DNA of 64,000 nucleotides from Diplonema japonicum. Lineage: Eukaryota > Protista > Euglenozoa: Diplonemea. Positions within the stretch are counted from its first letter, which is position 1; every line of letters starts with the position of its first letter. The stretch is from assembly GCA_964019335.1 (NCBI GenBank), contig OZ025706.1, positions 1-64,000 of the forward strand, written 5' to 3'. Below the pieces are notes generated by a model that worked only from the letters and a program-made list of their open reading frames with translations, was not told the origin of the DNA and did not search any database. Positions 9,501 through 20,278 of this stretch are shown here, in pieces. The position numbers and the translations under genes are program-made.

Positions 9501-9662
9501 CCCAACAGCGGCACACAGCACTCTCTCCTCACTTTCGTCGATCGGCATGTAAGCATCGCTCAACTGCAGGTTGGCTACAGGTTTCTCTACCTGAGCCTTT
9601 TCTTCTCGTTCATCATTCTGGATGTATGCATCTGTCTCACGCCACTGAGGCCAGTCATCCAT
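6546..9662 (-). CDS. VPS18: Vacuolar protein sorting 18 (Pep3/deep orange), HOPS/CORVET subunit
   Basis: N-terminal beta-propeller (IFIDPTGQH, TAVGWN), clathrin-like repeats and coiled coil. C-terminal RING-H2: CKTC...FIFGLCDHGFHQSC...CPMCGE. Confidence 0.92.
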   Translation of the reverse strand: MDDWPQWRETDAYIQNDEREEKAQVEKPVANLQLSDAYMPIDESEERVLCAAVGNDVFAIALLQSDRWVLRINDTCSGDVYEPRSGPVKHKKNKKGSDVHNIFIDPTGQHILLALTSDKSGETWYINTSLGKAGKPEKIERIKSRLTAVGWNRDNKRESSTGHILLGDNRGMVYIARFEKKEGCTVLTHAYDLARQIDSKKYSTITGIRIEKLGVGKRLVVLISTATRLCVFTGGPTLEDVFNAENLLDPFTVRSQVPQDVSPHAGNLYLHRPKVDDKLSPRCSVAWCSAGGIYHAIVSWPDSPGDPVLQNGSFFSLMKEGRSLPGRLLTSQLGMSVRPDQSSQSLAVEKVNHIILGETTMTVLLDSRVCIIAQPAGLRWRADTEPHDMIKPEELKKRLIGDPSKSQQNAFAFIFDENEHSNKPYLVTTDKLHELEIPEQSSDSWKSFLLRAMNPDEQERGQYFVAAADMCTEPKRKEQIQMAAADYYFEEREYTRAAKTLATTNAAFEDTAMKFVQCGDRKALLLYLRERITFIESRRFAMEQEGSQTVCLYIWASKVMLDIIAESEDSNEREDMRAEFHSFLSHISRRDIYHTQDKVTSVLAPIVDSYGMPDEMLYFLSLTKDYKSMMSFYMTHEKYQAALTCLINNCMKTSLLELWYVYCPRLITKTPVQVVDAWIGKAANMLEPSRLIPALLLYHPRYNPPGDTENQAVRYLKWLVKDSTEDPAINNMLILVYVQQYDDETELLQFLESFDGSSYAYEEAEPFDKKYALRLCLQGKRYSAAALIYSTMRMHGDAVTLSLQSDDIPLAKKLANCADDEVQKKQLWIQIVEHTIKMDKMDARIEGVKKAIDMVQECPALHLEDILPLFGDSVTVADFSNVILEALADYNFEIENLKREMHDMTTLAQTIAVNTENRKGVFIAPDSKCKTCNAPLLSKNFFIFGLCDHGFHQSCLTQVLLKSEAVPFETRDRIKGIHRQLERSITVEDDEQDTGPRPRDFKKELDEILGGQCPMCGELLITEATKPFGSEQDDSWKL

Positions 9663-9740
9663 GTCAATGTGCTACCTGAGTGGTTTACCTCTTGTTATAT
9701 AAAAGTAAGAAGAAAAGGGAGAAGGGAAATGCTCAACTAC

Positions 9741-9767
9741 GCAATGCAATGCAATGCAATGCAATGC
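9741..9767. repeat. (GCAAT)5 microsatellite
   Basis: gcaatgcaatgcaatgcaatgcaatgc. Confidence 0.85.
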
Positions 9768-10233
9768 CGTCGACATATTGTACAAGCTCCGTGTAGGAAT
9801 CGTTGGTTTCTTTTTCTTTTTGAGTATGTGGCCACGTATTCGCTATTGGTCACGGCTACGCTCAATATATTAAAAAATAGATTGATATTTCCTTGTGATA
9901 AATAGCGAATAAGTGGCCATAGTTCTTTTGTTCTCCTTATCAATGGCTATGATTAAAATCAAAGTAAAATTCTTTCTCGTTCGAAAATGAGCGCGTAAGC
10001 TACCATTAAGGAGCACGACGCACGTGCCCCACCGCTGGTCCCATATTTCTCATTTTAAATACACATTTCAGCATAAACAAAAAAAGCAGATTCAGAAGGA
10101 GTAAAAACGCATAAGCCAGTCCACCTCAGAGCCGTACTAAATCATGAAGACACAATTCGAAGCTTTCTGGGTGCTTGAAATCAAATATCTTCATTCGGGG
10201 TAACAAAAAAAAACCGCAATTCCTCCTAACTCC

Positions 10234-11229
10234 TTAGTGATGCTCCATGAACTCAGCGATCCTGCCTATGGCATGGCTGGACTCAGGGAAGCATCCCGAA
10301 AAGATCGGGAAGGCATGCATCATGTTTCGTGCCATCCACACCTTCACCTCCACACCAGCAGATTCCGCCTTTTCAGCAGTGCGCACCGTGTCTGCACTCA
10401 TGATTTCCGACTCACCCGCAATGAAGAACAACGGCGGCAACCCTTCAAAAGAGCCGTAGTGGGCGCTCCATGTGGCATCCTTCGCGTCGTGGTCGGCAAT
10501 GCGTGCGCCCTGCTCATTGATGTTCCCACACGCCACCTGCCCGATGTGCTTAAGCACCTTTCTCGTCACCATGCAGTCACGGTCCTCGTTCACCATAGCC
10601 AAGTTGTCACCCGACAGATCGGTCAAAGCCGACAGCAGCACTGCACTGCTCGGCATCGAGACACCCTTCTTCTTCAGCGCTTGTAGAAGAAGTAGCACCA
10701 TTCCACCGCCAGCACTATCCCCTGTTAAAACAATCTGATTGGGGTCTACCTTCTGAGCAAGAAGCCCTTCATAAACGTGAACACAGTCCTCAAGGCCAGC
10801 CGGCATGGCGTGCTCAGGTGCCATCCTGTAGTCCACGGACACCACTGTGTAACCTGTTGCCCTGCTGAGCTCAAAGCTGTATCCCATGTGCGACTCAGGA
10901 GAGCCCCCCAGAAAGCCACCTCCGTGGAACTGCAGGATAGTTTTCCCTGTGCCCTGCCACTCCACACACCTGACACCCGCGATGGTTTTCGCTGTGCCAG
11001 GCTTACCAGGGGACATAAGCCTCGTGTTTTCGATGTCAGCGCGCAGCTGCTTGAGGTTGAAGGGCTTCGACTTGTTCCGCTCCTTGTTCATTCTGAATAT
11101 CATGTCGATCGAAATATACTCATCAGAAGGCCATGTGCCCTCAGCCCACGAAAGCTGCTTCACACGCTTTGCCTTCCACACAGTGTAGCTCCGCACCAAC
11201 TGAAGCACATAGTACGATACCTGCTCCAT
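10234..11229 (-). CDS. Hormone-sensitive-lipase family alpha/beta hydrolase (esterase), copy A
   Basis: HGGG oxyanion motif, VDYRMAPEH, GDSAGG nucleophile, acid in AGESE and His in MMHAF. Confidence 0.92.
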   Translation of the reverse strand: MEQVSYYVLQLVRSYTVWKAKRVKQLSWAEGTWPSDEYISIDMIFRMNKERNKSKPFNLKQLRADIENTRLMSPGKPGTAKTIAGVRCVEWQGTGKTILQFHGGGFLGGSPESHMGYSFELSRATGYTVVSVDYRMAPEHAMPAGLEDCVHVYEGLLAQKVDPNQIVLTGDSAGGGMVLLLLQALKKKGVSMPSSAVLLSALTDLSGDNLAMVNEDRDCMVTRKVLKHIGQVACGNINEQGARIADHDAKDATWSAHYGSFEGLPPLFFIAGESEIMSADTVRTAEKAESAGVEVKVWMARNMMHAFPIFSGCFPESSHAIGRIAEFMEHH

Positions 11230-11280
11230 GATACCTGTAGGGGGATGCTGAAGGGGTGTTGCAGCAACCTTAAAAAAGTC

Positions 11281-11345
11281 TAGTTCACATTAATCATGTA
11301 AGGGGTGGTAAGTGTTGGTCGTGTGTCGTCGAAGTGTGGATGAGG
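11281..11345 (-). pseudogene. Decayed relic of the 3' end of the RIIa-domain gene, co-duplicated with the esterase
   Basis: TAGTTCACATTAATCA is identical at 11281-11296 and 13044-13059. The adjacent ~50 nt is recognisably similar to 13070-13125 (FDDTRPT vs LDDSSTI). Confidence 0.55.
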
Positions 11346-11994
11346 ACCTGGAGGGCGCTCAGGGTGCTGCTCGAAAGGTGCGCGTGTCGGGTAGCTTGCG
11401 GAAACTATCGCTATGAGCCGAAGAAAAAGGAGGAATGGTTTCAACAGGGTTACACCGTACGCTGTAAACATGGTAATTACACTGTCGATGACCCAACGGT
11501 GGAGGCTGAGACTTGTTGCTGCCCCTTATAGCAATTGATGGAGAGAAAAAAGACCTAAAACAAAAAAAAAGGGGGGGGAAAGACATTTATTCACAACAAG
11601 TGCCAAATTTATTTCAAAAGACATATAATTCAGTAGGGCGTGAATAAGTGGTTTTATCATGCATGCTGCAGTTATTATATATTCATTCAGTGCCCCCTCT
11701 AAAGGGAAACAGTCCTTGTTTGATCCCGTGAGGGTGTAATATAAGGGTGTAAATGACATAAAACTGAGGGCGGGATAAAATCTTAATATTCTTTTTCAGT
11801 AAACTATTGTTGGAAATAAAACACTTGTAGTCTAAGAGGCTTCATCTGCTGGAAAAGCGCCTCGGAACTTCGCCCCAGATGGGGACCTCAGAGGAGAGAA
11901 AAAAAATAAAGGGTAGATTCACCGGATGCACGGCACTTGCGGATGAACAACACAATAATGGCAAATAAAGAAAGAGCGTAGTTTGTCGCTTAAC

Positions 11995-12990
11995 CTAGTG
12001 ATGCTCCATGAACTCAGCGATCCTGCCTATGGCATGGCTGGACTCAGGGAAGCATCCCGAATAGATCGGGAAGGCATGCATCATGTTTCGTGCCATCCAC
12101 ACCTTCACCTCCACACCAGCAGATTCCGCCTTTTCAGCAGTGCGCACCGTGTCTGCACTCATGATTTCCGACCCGCCCGCAATAAAGAACAACGGCGGCA
12201 ACCCTTCAAAAGAGCCGTAGTGGGCGCTCCATGTGGCATCCTTCGCGTCGTGGTCGGCAATGCGTGCGCCCTGCTCATTGATGTTCCCACACGCCACCTG
12301 CCCGATGTGCTTAAGTATGTTATTCCTTATCATGCAGTCACGGTCCTCGCTCACCATTGTCAAACATTCACATGACAGGTCCGTCCAAGCCGACAGCAGC
12401 ACTGCACTGCTCGGCATCGAGACACCCTTCTTCTTCAGCGCTTGTAGAAGAAGTAGCACCATTCCACCGCCAGCACTATCCCCTGTTAAAACAATCTGAT
12501 TGGGGTCTACCTTCTGAGCAAGAAGCCCTTCATAAACGTGAACACAGTCCTCAAGGCCAGCCGGCATGGCGTGCTCAGGTGCCATCCTGTAGTCCACGGA
12601 CACCACTGTGTAACCTGTTGCCCTGCTGAGCTCAAAGCTGTATCCCATGTGCGACTCAGGAGAGCCCCCCAGAAAGCCACCTCCGTGGAACTGCAGGATA
12701 GTTTTCCCTGTGCCCTGCCACTCCACACACCTGACACCCGCGATGGTTTTCGCTGTGCCAGGCTTACCAGGGGACATAAGCCTCGTGTTTTCGATGTTAG
12801 CACGCAGCTGCTTGAGGTGGAAGGGCTTCGACTTGTTCTGTTCCTTGAACGTTCTGAATATCATGTCGACTGCAATATACTCATCAGAAGGCCATGTGCC
12901 CTCAGCCCACGAAAGCTGCTTCACACGCTTTGCCTTCCACAAATTGTAGCTCCACACCAGCTGGATCGCATAATACAATACTTGTTCCAT
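11995..12990 (-). CDS. HSL-family alpha/beta hydrolase (esterase), copy B (tandem duplicate)
   Basis: Same motifs and length (331 aa) as copy A; the core is identical. Confidence 0.92.
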   Translation of the reverse strand: MEQVLYYAIQLVWSYNLWKAKRVKQLSWAEGTWPSDEYIAVDMIFRTFKEQNKSKPFHLKQLRANIENTRLMSPGKPGTAKTIAGVRCVEWQGTGKTILQFHGGGFLGGSPESHMGYSFELSRATGYTVVSVDYRMAPEHAMPAGLEDCVHVYEGLLAQKVDPNQIVLTGDSAGGGMVLLLLQALKKKGVSMPSSAVLLSAWTDLSCECLTMVSEDRDCMIRNNILKHIGQVACGNINEQGARIADHDAKDATWSAHYGSFEGLPPLFFIAGGSEIMSADTVRTAEKAESAGVEVKVWMARNMMHAFPIYSGCFPESSHAIGRIAEFMEHH

Positions 12991-13056
12991 CTAACCTGAA
13001 GGAATAGGTTTGCAGAACGAATTAAAACGGTTCCAAAACGGTTTAGTTCACATTAA

Positions 13057-13899
13057 TCAGTGTAGCACCCATGCAGGAGGTGGGTCACTGTAGATGGTCG
13101 AACTGTCGTCCAAAGGTGCTGACGAGGGCCGCTGGTCCAGACGTTGACCTGGGGTCATAGGGCGGCGCTCATGAGGGTCGTGGCTGACGATGACAGGTGC
13201 TGCGTGTGTCGGGGGGGGATCGCGTGTTTGTTTGTTTTCCTTTTTAATAATGTGGCGAGTAATGTTATCCAGATCAGGGTAGACCTTGTACAGCAGGTCG
13301 ATAGAAATTTCGCCGCCACCCAAGGAGGCCAAAGATTCGTAAAGCAGAGACAAGCCGTCGCTGTGCTTAGTGTCCAGGCAGATGAAGCACTGCACAGCCC
13401 GTAGCATCGGCTCGAGACGCTTGAGTACTGCGGCGCACGTGCACAACACATCATGCATTCCCTTGGAAGGGATCAGTGATATGCATAGCGCGATGTAGTG
13501 CGCACTATCGATAGTTGTCTCCGCTGTCACGTTCCCCTCATCATCGTTTAGGCCCGCGCTCCGCAGTGCTAACTGTGTCACGCTGTTTATGGTGTCCTCG
13601 TTCAAGCCGATCGACTCTGCCGAAGTAAGCACATGCGCCAAGGACACCTCAGCACCAACCCCCAAAGTGTTCGCCAACTCTAACACCATCTCTAGATCCA
13701 TTCGCTTCTTTCCTCTTGCCCTTCGCTGCTCGGCAAGCTGCTCAAAGTACTCGGCTGCAAATTCACACAACCTCTTGTCATTGTACAGCAAAGGCTCCTC
13801 CCCTTCCACCACAGGGCATTCCTTCAGCACAGCTTTAGCAAAATCTTGTATTATCACTTCCAAACCTTGCGGCAGCTTCCGTTTCTCAGTGTTCGACAT
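13057..13899 (-). CDS. RIIa dimerisation/docking-domain protein (ropporin/Sp17-like; possibly flagellar)
   Basis: N-terminal LPQGLEVIIQDFAKAVLKECP...LCEFAAEYFEQL matches the RIIa D/D pattern. Confidence 0.7.
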   Translation of the reverse strand: MSNTEKRKLPQGLEVIIQDFAKAVLKECPVVEGEEPLLYNDKRLCEFAAEYFEQLAEQRRARGKKRMDLEMVLELANTLGVGAEVSLAHVLTSAESIGLNEDTINSVTQLALRSAGLNDDEGNVTAETTIDSAHYIALCISLIPSKGMHDVLCTCAAVLKRLEPMLRAVQCFICLDTKHSDGLSLLYESLASLGGGEISIDLLYKVYPDLDNITRHIIKKENKQTRDPPPTHAAPVIVSHDPHERRPMTPGQRLDQRPSSAPLDDSSTIYSDPPPAWVLH

Positions 13900-14229
13900 G
13901 CTGTCCTTGTCTTGTAGCGATGTGCATACGTTAAAAAAAAATCAAACGGAATTACTACTCAAAAGATCCTGATTACAACAAATAAGCACGGCTATTAGTG
14001 GTGGTCAATACACACGTAGGACACCGTTGCAACATGGCAAAGGGCCGCGATGCTGTCACATAACACAAAGTCGTATAAGACACGCAATTTCACGTTTCTG
14101 GAGGACACGACCTTTGGTGCGGACACTGCACTCGAAAGCTCACAACAGTAAGCACAAGCACTTGTCGTTTACACGCTCAAACCGTGCAGGCAAGCTGAGA
14201 CACAACAAGAGTTTGCGACCCTTGGGCGG

Positions 14230-15468
14230 CTACCTGTGCGGAGATATGATCTTGGCTGGATGGTTCGCTGTGTTCAGTTTGATAGCTTTACTTCGAACCA
14301 TACACAAGGGAATGACTGGGTTTGACGTCGCACGGGCTCGGTACCCACCGTTCTGGGTCGGTAGGCAGTCCATGTCCTCAGCTGAATAAATCTTCCGTAA
14401 GGAAGACATTGGGTGTGGGTGAGCAACATGAGCCCTAAGAAATGATTTTCGTGTAAACAAAATCGTACCTGTGGGTGTGTGCAGAAGAAGAAGAAGAGGT
14501 GAGGCTGGTGCTCCTGCCTGGAGAGACGGGGCTGCTTGTGTCCCCTGTCAGCGATGAGTAGATGAGCCATCTGACCACGGACATCATCTTGCTGCGTCTT
14601 ATCATTCTGTAGATGCAGACAACCGCAACACAACCGACGCAGAGACGCGCGGCTGCTCTCACAACACCTTGCAGTGTTACAGGAACTGAGCCTGATCCTT
14701 TCTTCAGTGTCTCCTGCCACTCGGCAGGAGCCATGTTGGCCAGCGCGCCTGCTGTGAGCATGTAGCCCAAGTCGGTATGGGTGATGGTTTCAATGCTTTT
14801 GAACAAGGCCCAGGCCTGTGCTGCTTCTTTGCTCGACTTTTTAAGGTCTTGCTTAGCTTGCCTGCTCTGCATGGACTCCACCATGTCGTGCAGCTCACTG
14901 TTCCTCTCGCCAGCCTCGTTCACGCATCTTTGCAGCTCTTTGATGTGATTGACCCCTTCTTCGACAAGCTCTGCTCGAGACTTGCTCTCGCTGTGAGGGT
15001 GAGAGTAAAGCATTTCCACGAAACGGCATACCTCTTGAGCTGAAGCAGTCGCTCTAACTCCAGGAAGCTGTCGGCTATGTGGCTCGACCGCTTTTTGCGT
15101 TCGCTGGCACTGCTGGAGGCACGCTCCCTCCGAGTGACAGGGGCGTCGTCAGGGATGGAAGATCCGTTGTCTCCTTCGGAACCACGCTTTCTGAGGGAAA
15201 GTGGATGCTTCGGCCCAGTGCGGTCCCGCCCTACCACGCCCCTTATGGCTTGGACGGACTCAGTGCTGAGCATGGGGGCTTGCTTTTCTTCGACAGATAC
15301 GGGGGCCATTACAGAGGCTTGCATGAGTGCTTTGTGTGGGTTCAAAGAGGCACTACAGTGCAGAGACGCAGTCGCTGGTGATTGTGTCGACGAGAAGGAG
15401 TCATCTTCACTCAGCAGCTCCTTCATTTCCTCGAGTCGGACCTTGGTCTTATCCTTCTCACCGGACAT
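14230..15468 (-). CDS. Hypothetical coiled-coil/membrane protein, spliced (introns 14991-15031, 14435-14468, possibly one more); 3' end uncertain
   Basis: GTATG...CAG (41 nt) and GTACG...TAG (34 nt) introns join three ORFs in frame starting from MSGEKDK. Confidence 0.6.
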
Positions 15469-15903
15469 GGTATGACCTGAGATGCTTCGTAGAAGGGTAG
15501 GTGGGTGGAGGAAGATAAAATAAATACCCATGGAACATGCTTTGTGAGCAGTAAACCTGGTTTAAAAATGAAATCAAAAAAAAAAAACGGGGAGCGGAAG
15601 ATGGAAACGAAAAAGAGCAAACAACGCAATTATAATGACCCTGAAAAAATAATAATAAAAAAAAGATAATATCCCTGGCTGTATGTTAACTCTTTTGTTT
15701 TCGTTTATGTGATTTCTTTTTATATTTCTTCTTCTTCTTTTTTTTACACCCCCCTTGGTAACGACGCTTTCTTCTGAAACAGATGCATGCTGTTTGCATG
15801 ATCTTTTGGGGCAGTATCAATACCTCGAAAAAAAAGCTACGCACAACATTTACAGTTCTACAAAAAACTTCTTTCTGTTTCTTTTGTTTATCGCCTCTCA
15901 GGA

Positions 15904-17281
15904 TCACTGGCTGACCTCGTGAATCGCTTCGGCGATGTGCTTCACGTTACCAGAGGTGACACCAGCCATCGAGATACGGCCGTTGCCAGTGAGGTAGATG
16001 TGGAACTCCTTCTTCATGCGCTCAACCTTTTTTTGTTTCAAGTGCCTTTGTGCAAAGGGCATACCTGGGGCTTCGAGAGACCAGTGAAACAGAACATCCC
16101 GATCTGCTTCTCAATGTGGCTCCAGTCCTTAGTGGAACCAAGAGCAAGAAGCTCGGCGGTGAGCGCCTACAATAGTACATACGTTCCCACCATGCATACC
16201 TTCCTCATTCCGATAATACGGTCGGCCATCACCTTCACCTCCTTCTCCCAGTCCGCACGGAGCTCCGCATCCTCGAAGATGGTGTGCACGAGCCTCGCAC
16301 CGTAGATAGGGGGGTTCGAGTACATAGGGCGAATAAGGATCTTCAGCTGCGACTCGACATTCGCCTTCTCCGCCTTGTCAGAGCACACGATGTGCATGGC
16401 ACCGATACGCTCGCCGTACAAGCCGAGGTTCTTGGCGAAGGACTGCGTCACCATCATCTCGTGGCCCTTCTCCACGAAGTACCTGATGGCGTAGGCATCA
16501 GTCTCGGGGCACCCAGAGGCGAAGCCTTGGTAGGCAGAGTCGAAGAAGGGGTAGTGGTTCTTCTCCTTCACGACGGCCTCAATCTGGTGCCACTGCTCGG
16601 GGGTGGGGTCCACGCCGGTGGGGTTGTGGGCGCATGCGTGGAGGAGGATGATCGAGCCGTCGGGGATCTCACGGAGGTCCTTCAGCATGGCATCGAGGTC
16701 AAGACCGCAGCTGGTGGGCTCGTAGTATGTGTAGGGCTTCACGTTGAGGCCAGACTCGTTGAAGACGGGGTCGTGGTTGCCCCATGTGGGCGAGGGCATG
16801 TAGATGGTCTTTTCACCGGGGAAGTACTTACCAAGGAACTGGGCAGCAACACGAAGGGCACCAGTGCCGGAGATGGTCTGCGAGGAGCAGGTCCTGGCGT
16901 CCGCAAGGGCGGGGCACTTGTTGCTGAACAGAAGCTCCTGTGCAACCTTCACGAACTTGGCTGTGACGGTGGTATTATTGTTTTATGCACATACGAACAC
17001 CCGTGATCCCAGCGTACTCGTGGTCCATCTGGCCGCAGATCCTCTTCTCTGCCTCCCTCACGCAGCTAAGCACGTACGGCTTACCGGCGTCGTCCCTGTA
17101 GGCACCAACACCGAGGTTGACCTTCTTGGGGTGGGTGTCCTCAGCGTAGGCAACAGACAGACCGAGGATGGGGTCAGCAGGGCCCATCTCGACCTTCTGG
17201 AACACGGGCCTATAGAAATCAGTTTTTAAAAAAGGGAAAGTCATACCTAGGCACATTCCTCAACAGCGTTCTCCTGAGCAT
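15904..17281 (-). CDS. GOT2: Mitochondrial aspartate aminotransferase, 411 aa, 4 introns (17210-17246, 16961-16994, 16167-16199, 16027-16064)
   Basis: Presequence MLRRTLLR, then [45 protein letters not shown] and GRIS. Removing 37/34/33/38-nt GTATG-AG introns restores a colinear protein. Confidence 0.95.
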
Positions 17282-17368
17282 TTTAATAAATTTGTTGACA
17301 CCTGTCGGGCATATTTGATTAGAACACAACGCAAAACACTAATACGTCACAGAAGTGAGTACTATTTC

Positions 17369-18079
17369 TTACTCTTTCCCTCTCTTTGCATATAATTTGC
17401 AGGATGTCGGAAATGCAGCGACTTTTGAAGCATCAGCCCCGCTGCTGATATCGATGCTTGCTGGTCTGGAGGAGTGGCTATGAATTAACAGCATACCTGA
17501 GATGCGGTTGTAACTCCTTCGCAGATCGCAAGGAAGTGAAACAGAAGGTAGCACCGAGGGTAGTTGCTGCGGCTGGGTATCTAGCAGCGGCTGGTGTCGG
17601 GACTGTGACTTTTGTAATTGCGATGCTTGACGCTCTTGCGCAGGCTGTGATGAAGAGAGAACACTTACTGACCTGTGTGTCAGCATGAGTGACATAAGAT
17701 CTTCGTCAGTCTCATGGGGAACTGATGAAGGTAGAACACTGTCGTGCCTTGCAAGGGTCAGTGCCTGTGGCGAAGGCTGCGGCAGGGTTGGGGGTGGTGT
17801 TGGCGTCTGCACGGGAGTCTCCAAGTCCTTGATAAGAGCCTTGTACAGCCTTGTGTTCTTCTCACTGCGCCTTCCGCGTACCCGTAGCTGCAACCTGCCA
17901 CTGTTCTCGTCCACTTTGGGCACGCATGGCGCGTCAGGCATCCTCGCAGTCAATGCGCGCTCTCCTTCTTGGGAGGGCCGCTTCTTTCTGAACGTTAAGA
18001 CCCTACTCTTGCATGACAGCAGCTCGGAATCAGGCTCCCACAACGCCAGGAGCCGATGAGTGCTTACTATCCCATCCAT
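17369..18079 (-). CDS. Hypothetical Pro/Ser/Gln-rich protein
   Basis: 236-aa ATG-initiated ORF filling the space between neighbours on the coding strand; no recognisable domain. Confidence 0.55.
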   Translation of the reverse strand: MDGIVSTHRLLALWEPDSELLSCKSRVLTFRKKRPSQEGERALTARMPDAPCVPKVDENSGRLQLRVRGRRSEKNTRLYKALIKDLETPVQTPTPPPTLPQPSPQALTLARHDSVLPSSVPHETDEDLMSLMLTHRSVSVLSSSQPAQERQASQLQKSQSRHQPLLDTQPQQLPSVLPSVSLPCDLRRSYNRISGMLLIHSHSSRPASIDISSGADASKVAAFPTSCKLYAKRGKE

Positions 18080-18388
18080 TGCATGTTCTCTTTAAAAGAG
18101 TAAGAGCGAAATAAGAAAAAGATTAAAATAAAACCTCAAGTTTCACGTGGCTTTCTTTCTTGCTACTCCCTCCGCAGTCAAAGGGCGCTCCCTTTGCATT
18201 GTCCAGCTGTGATTCATATGTACGCGAAATATTTTTGGCACAAGGCCCATGACATTTACCCCTCCCCCGCCAATATTATGCCACTGTTTTTTGACATTGT
18301 ACCCGGACTTGTAGCTTGTGTAAACCTGTGTGATGTCAAGTCTTGCGGTACACAGGGGGCGGCAACACAACACTATCTCTTTTTCCTT

Positions 18389-18675
18389 TCATCCAAATAG
18401 CAGCGCGAGTAATATCACTACAAGGTTTACGAATATAAGCGGCACTGTCATCACTAGCCTAGAGGATGCAAAAAACTGCACAACCTTAGCCTTTGTAGTC
18501 ATCTCCCCGTTTATCACGTTCTGCTGCGTGCTATCAAGACCATCTGTCAAGTGTTTTCCTTTTTCTTTTTTTCTTATTACAAACATTTTCTAAAAAAGCG
18601 CTTCTCCGAAAGTATTACCACAGCGTTCAAGAACAATACTAGCACCTTCAACAGGTCAACTATGCTCATGCCCAT
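18389..18675 (-). CDS. YOS1: Yos1/IER3IP1 family ER-Golgi membrane protein, 81 aa, one intron (18544-18584)
   Basis: Spliced product MGMSIVDLLKVLVLFLNAVVILSEKRFFRKYGL...KAKVVQFFASSRLVMTVPLIFVNLVVILLALLFG has the NA..IL.E.RF and PLI.VN...LLFG family motifs. Confidence 0.88.
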
Positions 18676-18739
18676 GTTTGTAACCTGCGGATGCTTTTAG
18701 TGTAACTCGCAACTGTATAAAAGAGAAAAGCTAACGATG

Positions 18740-19897
18740 TTAATCCTCCACCTTTCTTCTGAAGTTTCGTTTTTTCCCTGAGGCAGACACCTTGGTTACC
18801 GTGATTGACGAACTCTCTTTTGTGGACACTGTGGGTTCGTCATCGTCCGACATCTCTTGGACCTTACGCTTCTTCCTCTTGAAGGCGATCATAGGCGTTC
18901 CGTCCTCCGCCTCCACTGTTTCCTGCGCCTCATCTTCGATGATGTATGCAGCATCCTTCCTTGCCGCCAGTAGCTGCGTGGTGATACTTTGCATGCTCTG
19001 GTCCCCAGTTGCTTCCAGAGTGTGGGTCACGTCGTGCTGCTTGACAACGGTTGTCTTCGCTTGTGCCACCTCCTGAGGCTCCTCGTCATCACTGTCGACT
19101 TCCTTCACCACCTTCGCAGGTCGAGACCACCCGTTGAAACCAGCGTCTCCAAATACCCTTGCTGCCCCTTCTTCTGTCTTTCTTTCGTGCATTAGTTCAC
19201 GTTCAGAAAGCTTCCTCTTGACTTCTTCCTTTGCTTTGGTTTCTGCCTCTGCTCGCATCCTAACGAAGTCCTCGACAGACAAAGCAGCGGTGGCGTGTGG
19301 TGTGTTCACAGAAGGCAAAGGGAGATCTTGTGCATCAGATGCCATGGGTGGTGGTGCCCCGACAGGTACCATAGGAGGGGGTGCCCCGACAGGTACCATA
19401 GGAGGGGGTGCCCCGACTGGCATCACGTCAGTCCCTCCTCCCTGTTTCATAGCACGTCTTTCCTTCCTGTTGAGGCCCGTAGGTGCTTGCGTGGCCAGCT
19501 TTGGTTCTTTGTTTGCTTTCTCATTAGTACGAGCCATGAGCCCTTCGTAGTAAGAGCCCCCTCCTTGGTTGTTGATGAATTGATCAGTCCTGTTTTTCGC
19601 GTTCCTGTCGATGGGTTTGTCGTGTTCGAAGTCCCCTCCTTCGAACCTCCTTGAGCTGACCATCTGACCCTCGAGGTCTTGCTTCACAAAGCTCCTCGAT
19701 GCCGCCCTGTTGACCCTCGCAAGCTCCCTCTCCACCATTGCCTCTTGGTCGCTCTTCCTCTTGATGTCCTTCTGCTGTCGTTCCAAAAACTTAGCCGCCT
19801 TTTCCTTGTGCTTGTCGCTCCGCTCGTGCATCTCCCGTGCCGCAACATTGTTGTCCACCCATGTGTTGCACACCTTGCAGACGTACTTGTTCACCAT
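18740..19897 (-). CDS. U1/matrin-type zinc-finger protein (WBP4/FBP21-like spliceosomal factor)
   Basis: KYVCKVCNTWVDNNVAAREMHERSDKHK followed by a coiled coil; basic C-terminus (FKRKK, RNFRRK); three (M)PVGAPPP repeats. Confidence 0.7.
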   Translation of the reverse strand: MVNKYVCKVCNTWVDNNVAAREMHERSDKHKEKAAKFLERQQKDIKRKSDQEAMVERELARVNRAASRSFVKQDLEGQMVSSRRFEGGDFEHDKPIDRNAKNRTDQFINNQGGGSYYEGLMARTNEKANKEPKLATQAPTGLNRKERRAMKQGGGTDVMPVGAPPPMVPVGAPPPMVPVGAPPPMASDAQDLPLPSVNTPHATAALSVEDFVRMRAEAETKAKEEVKRKLSERELMHERKTEEGAARVFGDAGFNGWSRPAKVVKEVDSDDEEPQEVAQAKTTVVKQHDVTHTLEATGDQSMQSITTQLLAARKDAAYIIEDEAQETVEAEDGTPMIAFKRKKRKVQEMSDDDEPTVSTKESSSITVTKVSASGKKRNFRRKVED

Positions 19898-20278
19898 TTT
19901 AGTTTTGCTTGCAAACCTTTTGGCAGTTACATGGTCTGTTACAACGAACAATAATAAAAACAGCTTACACTAACCAGACCGACTTTCATGAATGAAGTGA
20001 AAATGGCGAAAGAAAAACGAGAAAAAGGGTAGTGCCAGCATGCAAGAAACTCAAGCACTGATGGGGCCGGCGGGTGTGAGTGGGGACACTAATAAGATTG
20101 ACAAGTTGAGGGCAACTGGAAATAAAAACAAAAAAGAGGGTGGGGGCAAATAAAAAGACGCCTCCAACAGGAGGCTGAGGGCGAGAAAAGCCCTCGTGTG
20201 ATAGGTTCCAATCAATATGTTTGTTACTGCTTTCTTCTTGTTTCCTTTTTTAAAAATTCAGGCTTAATGGTCCGCTTC

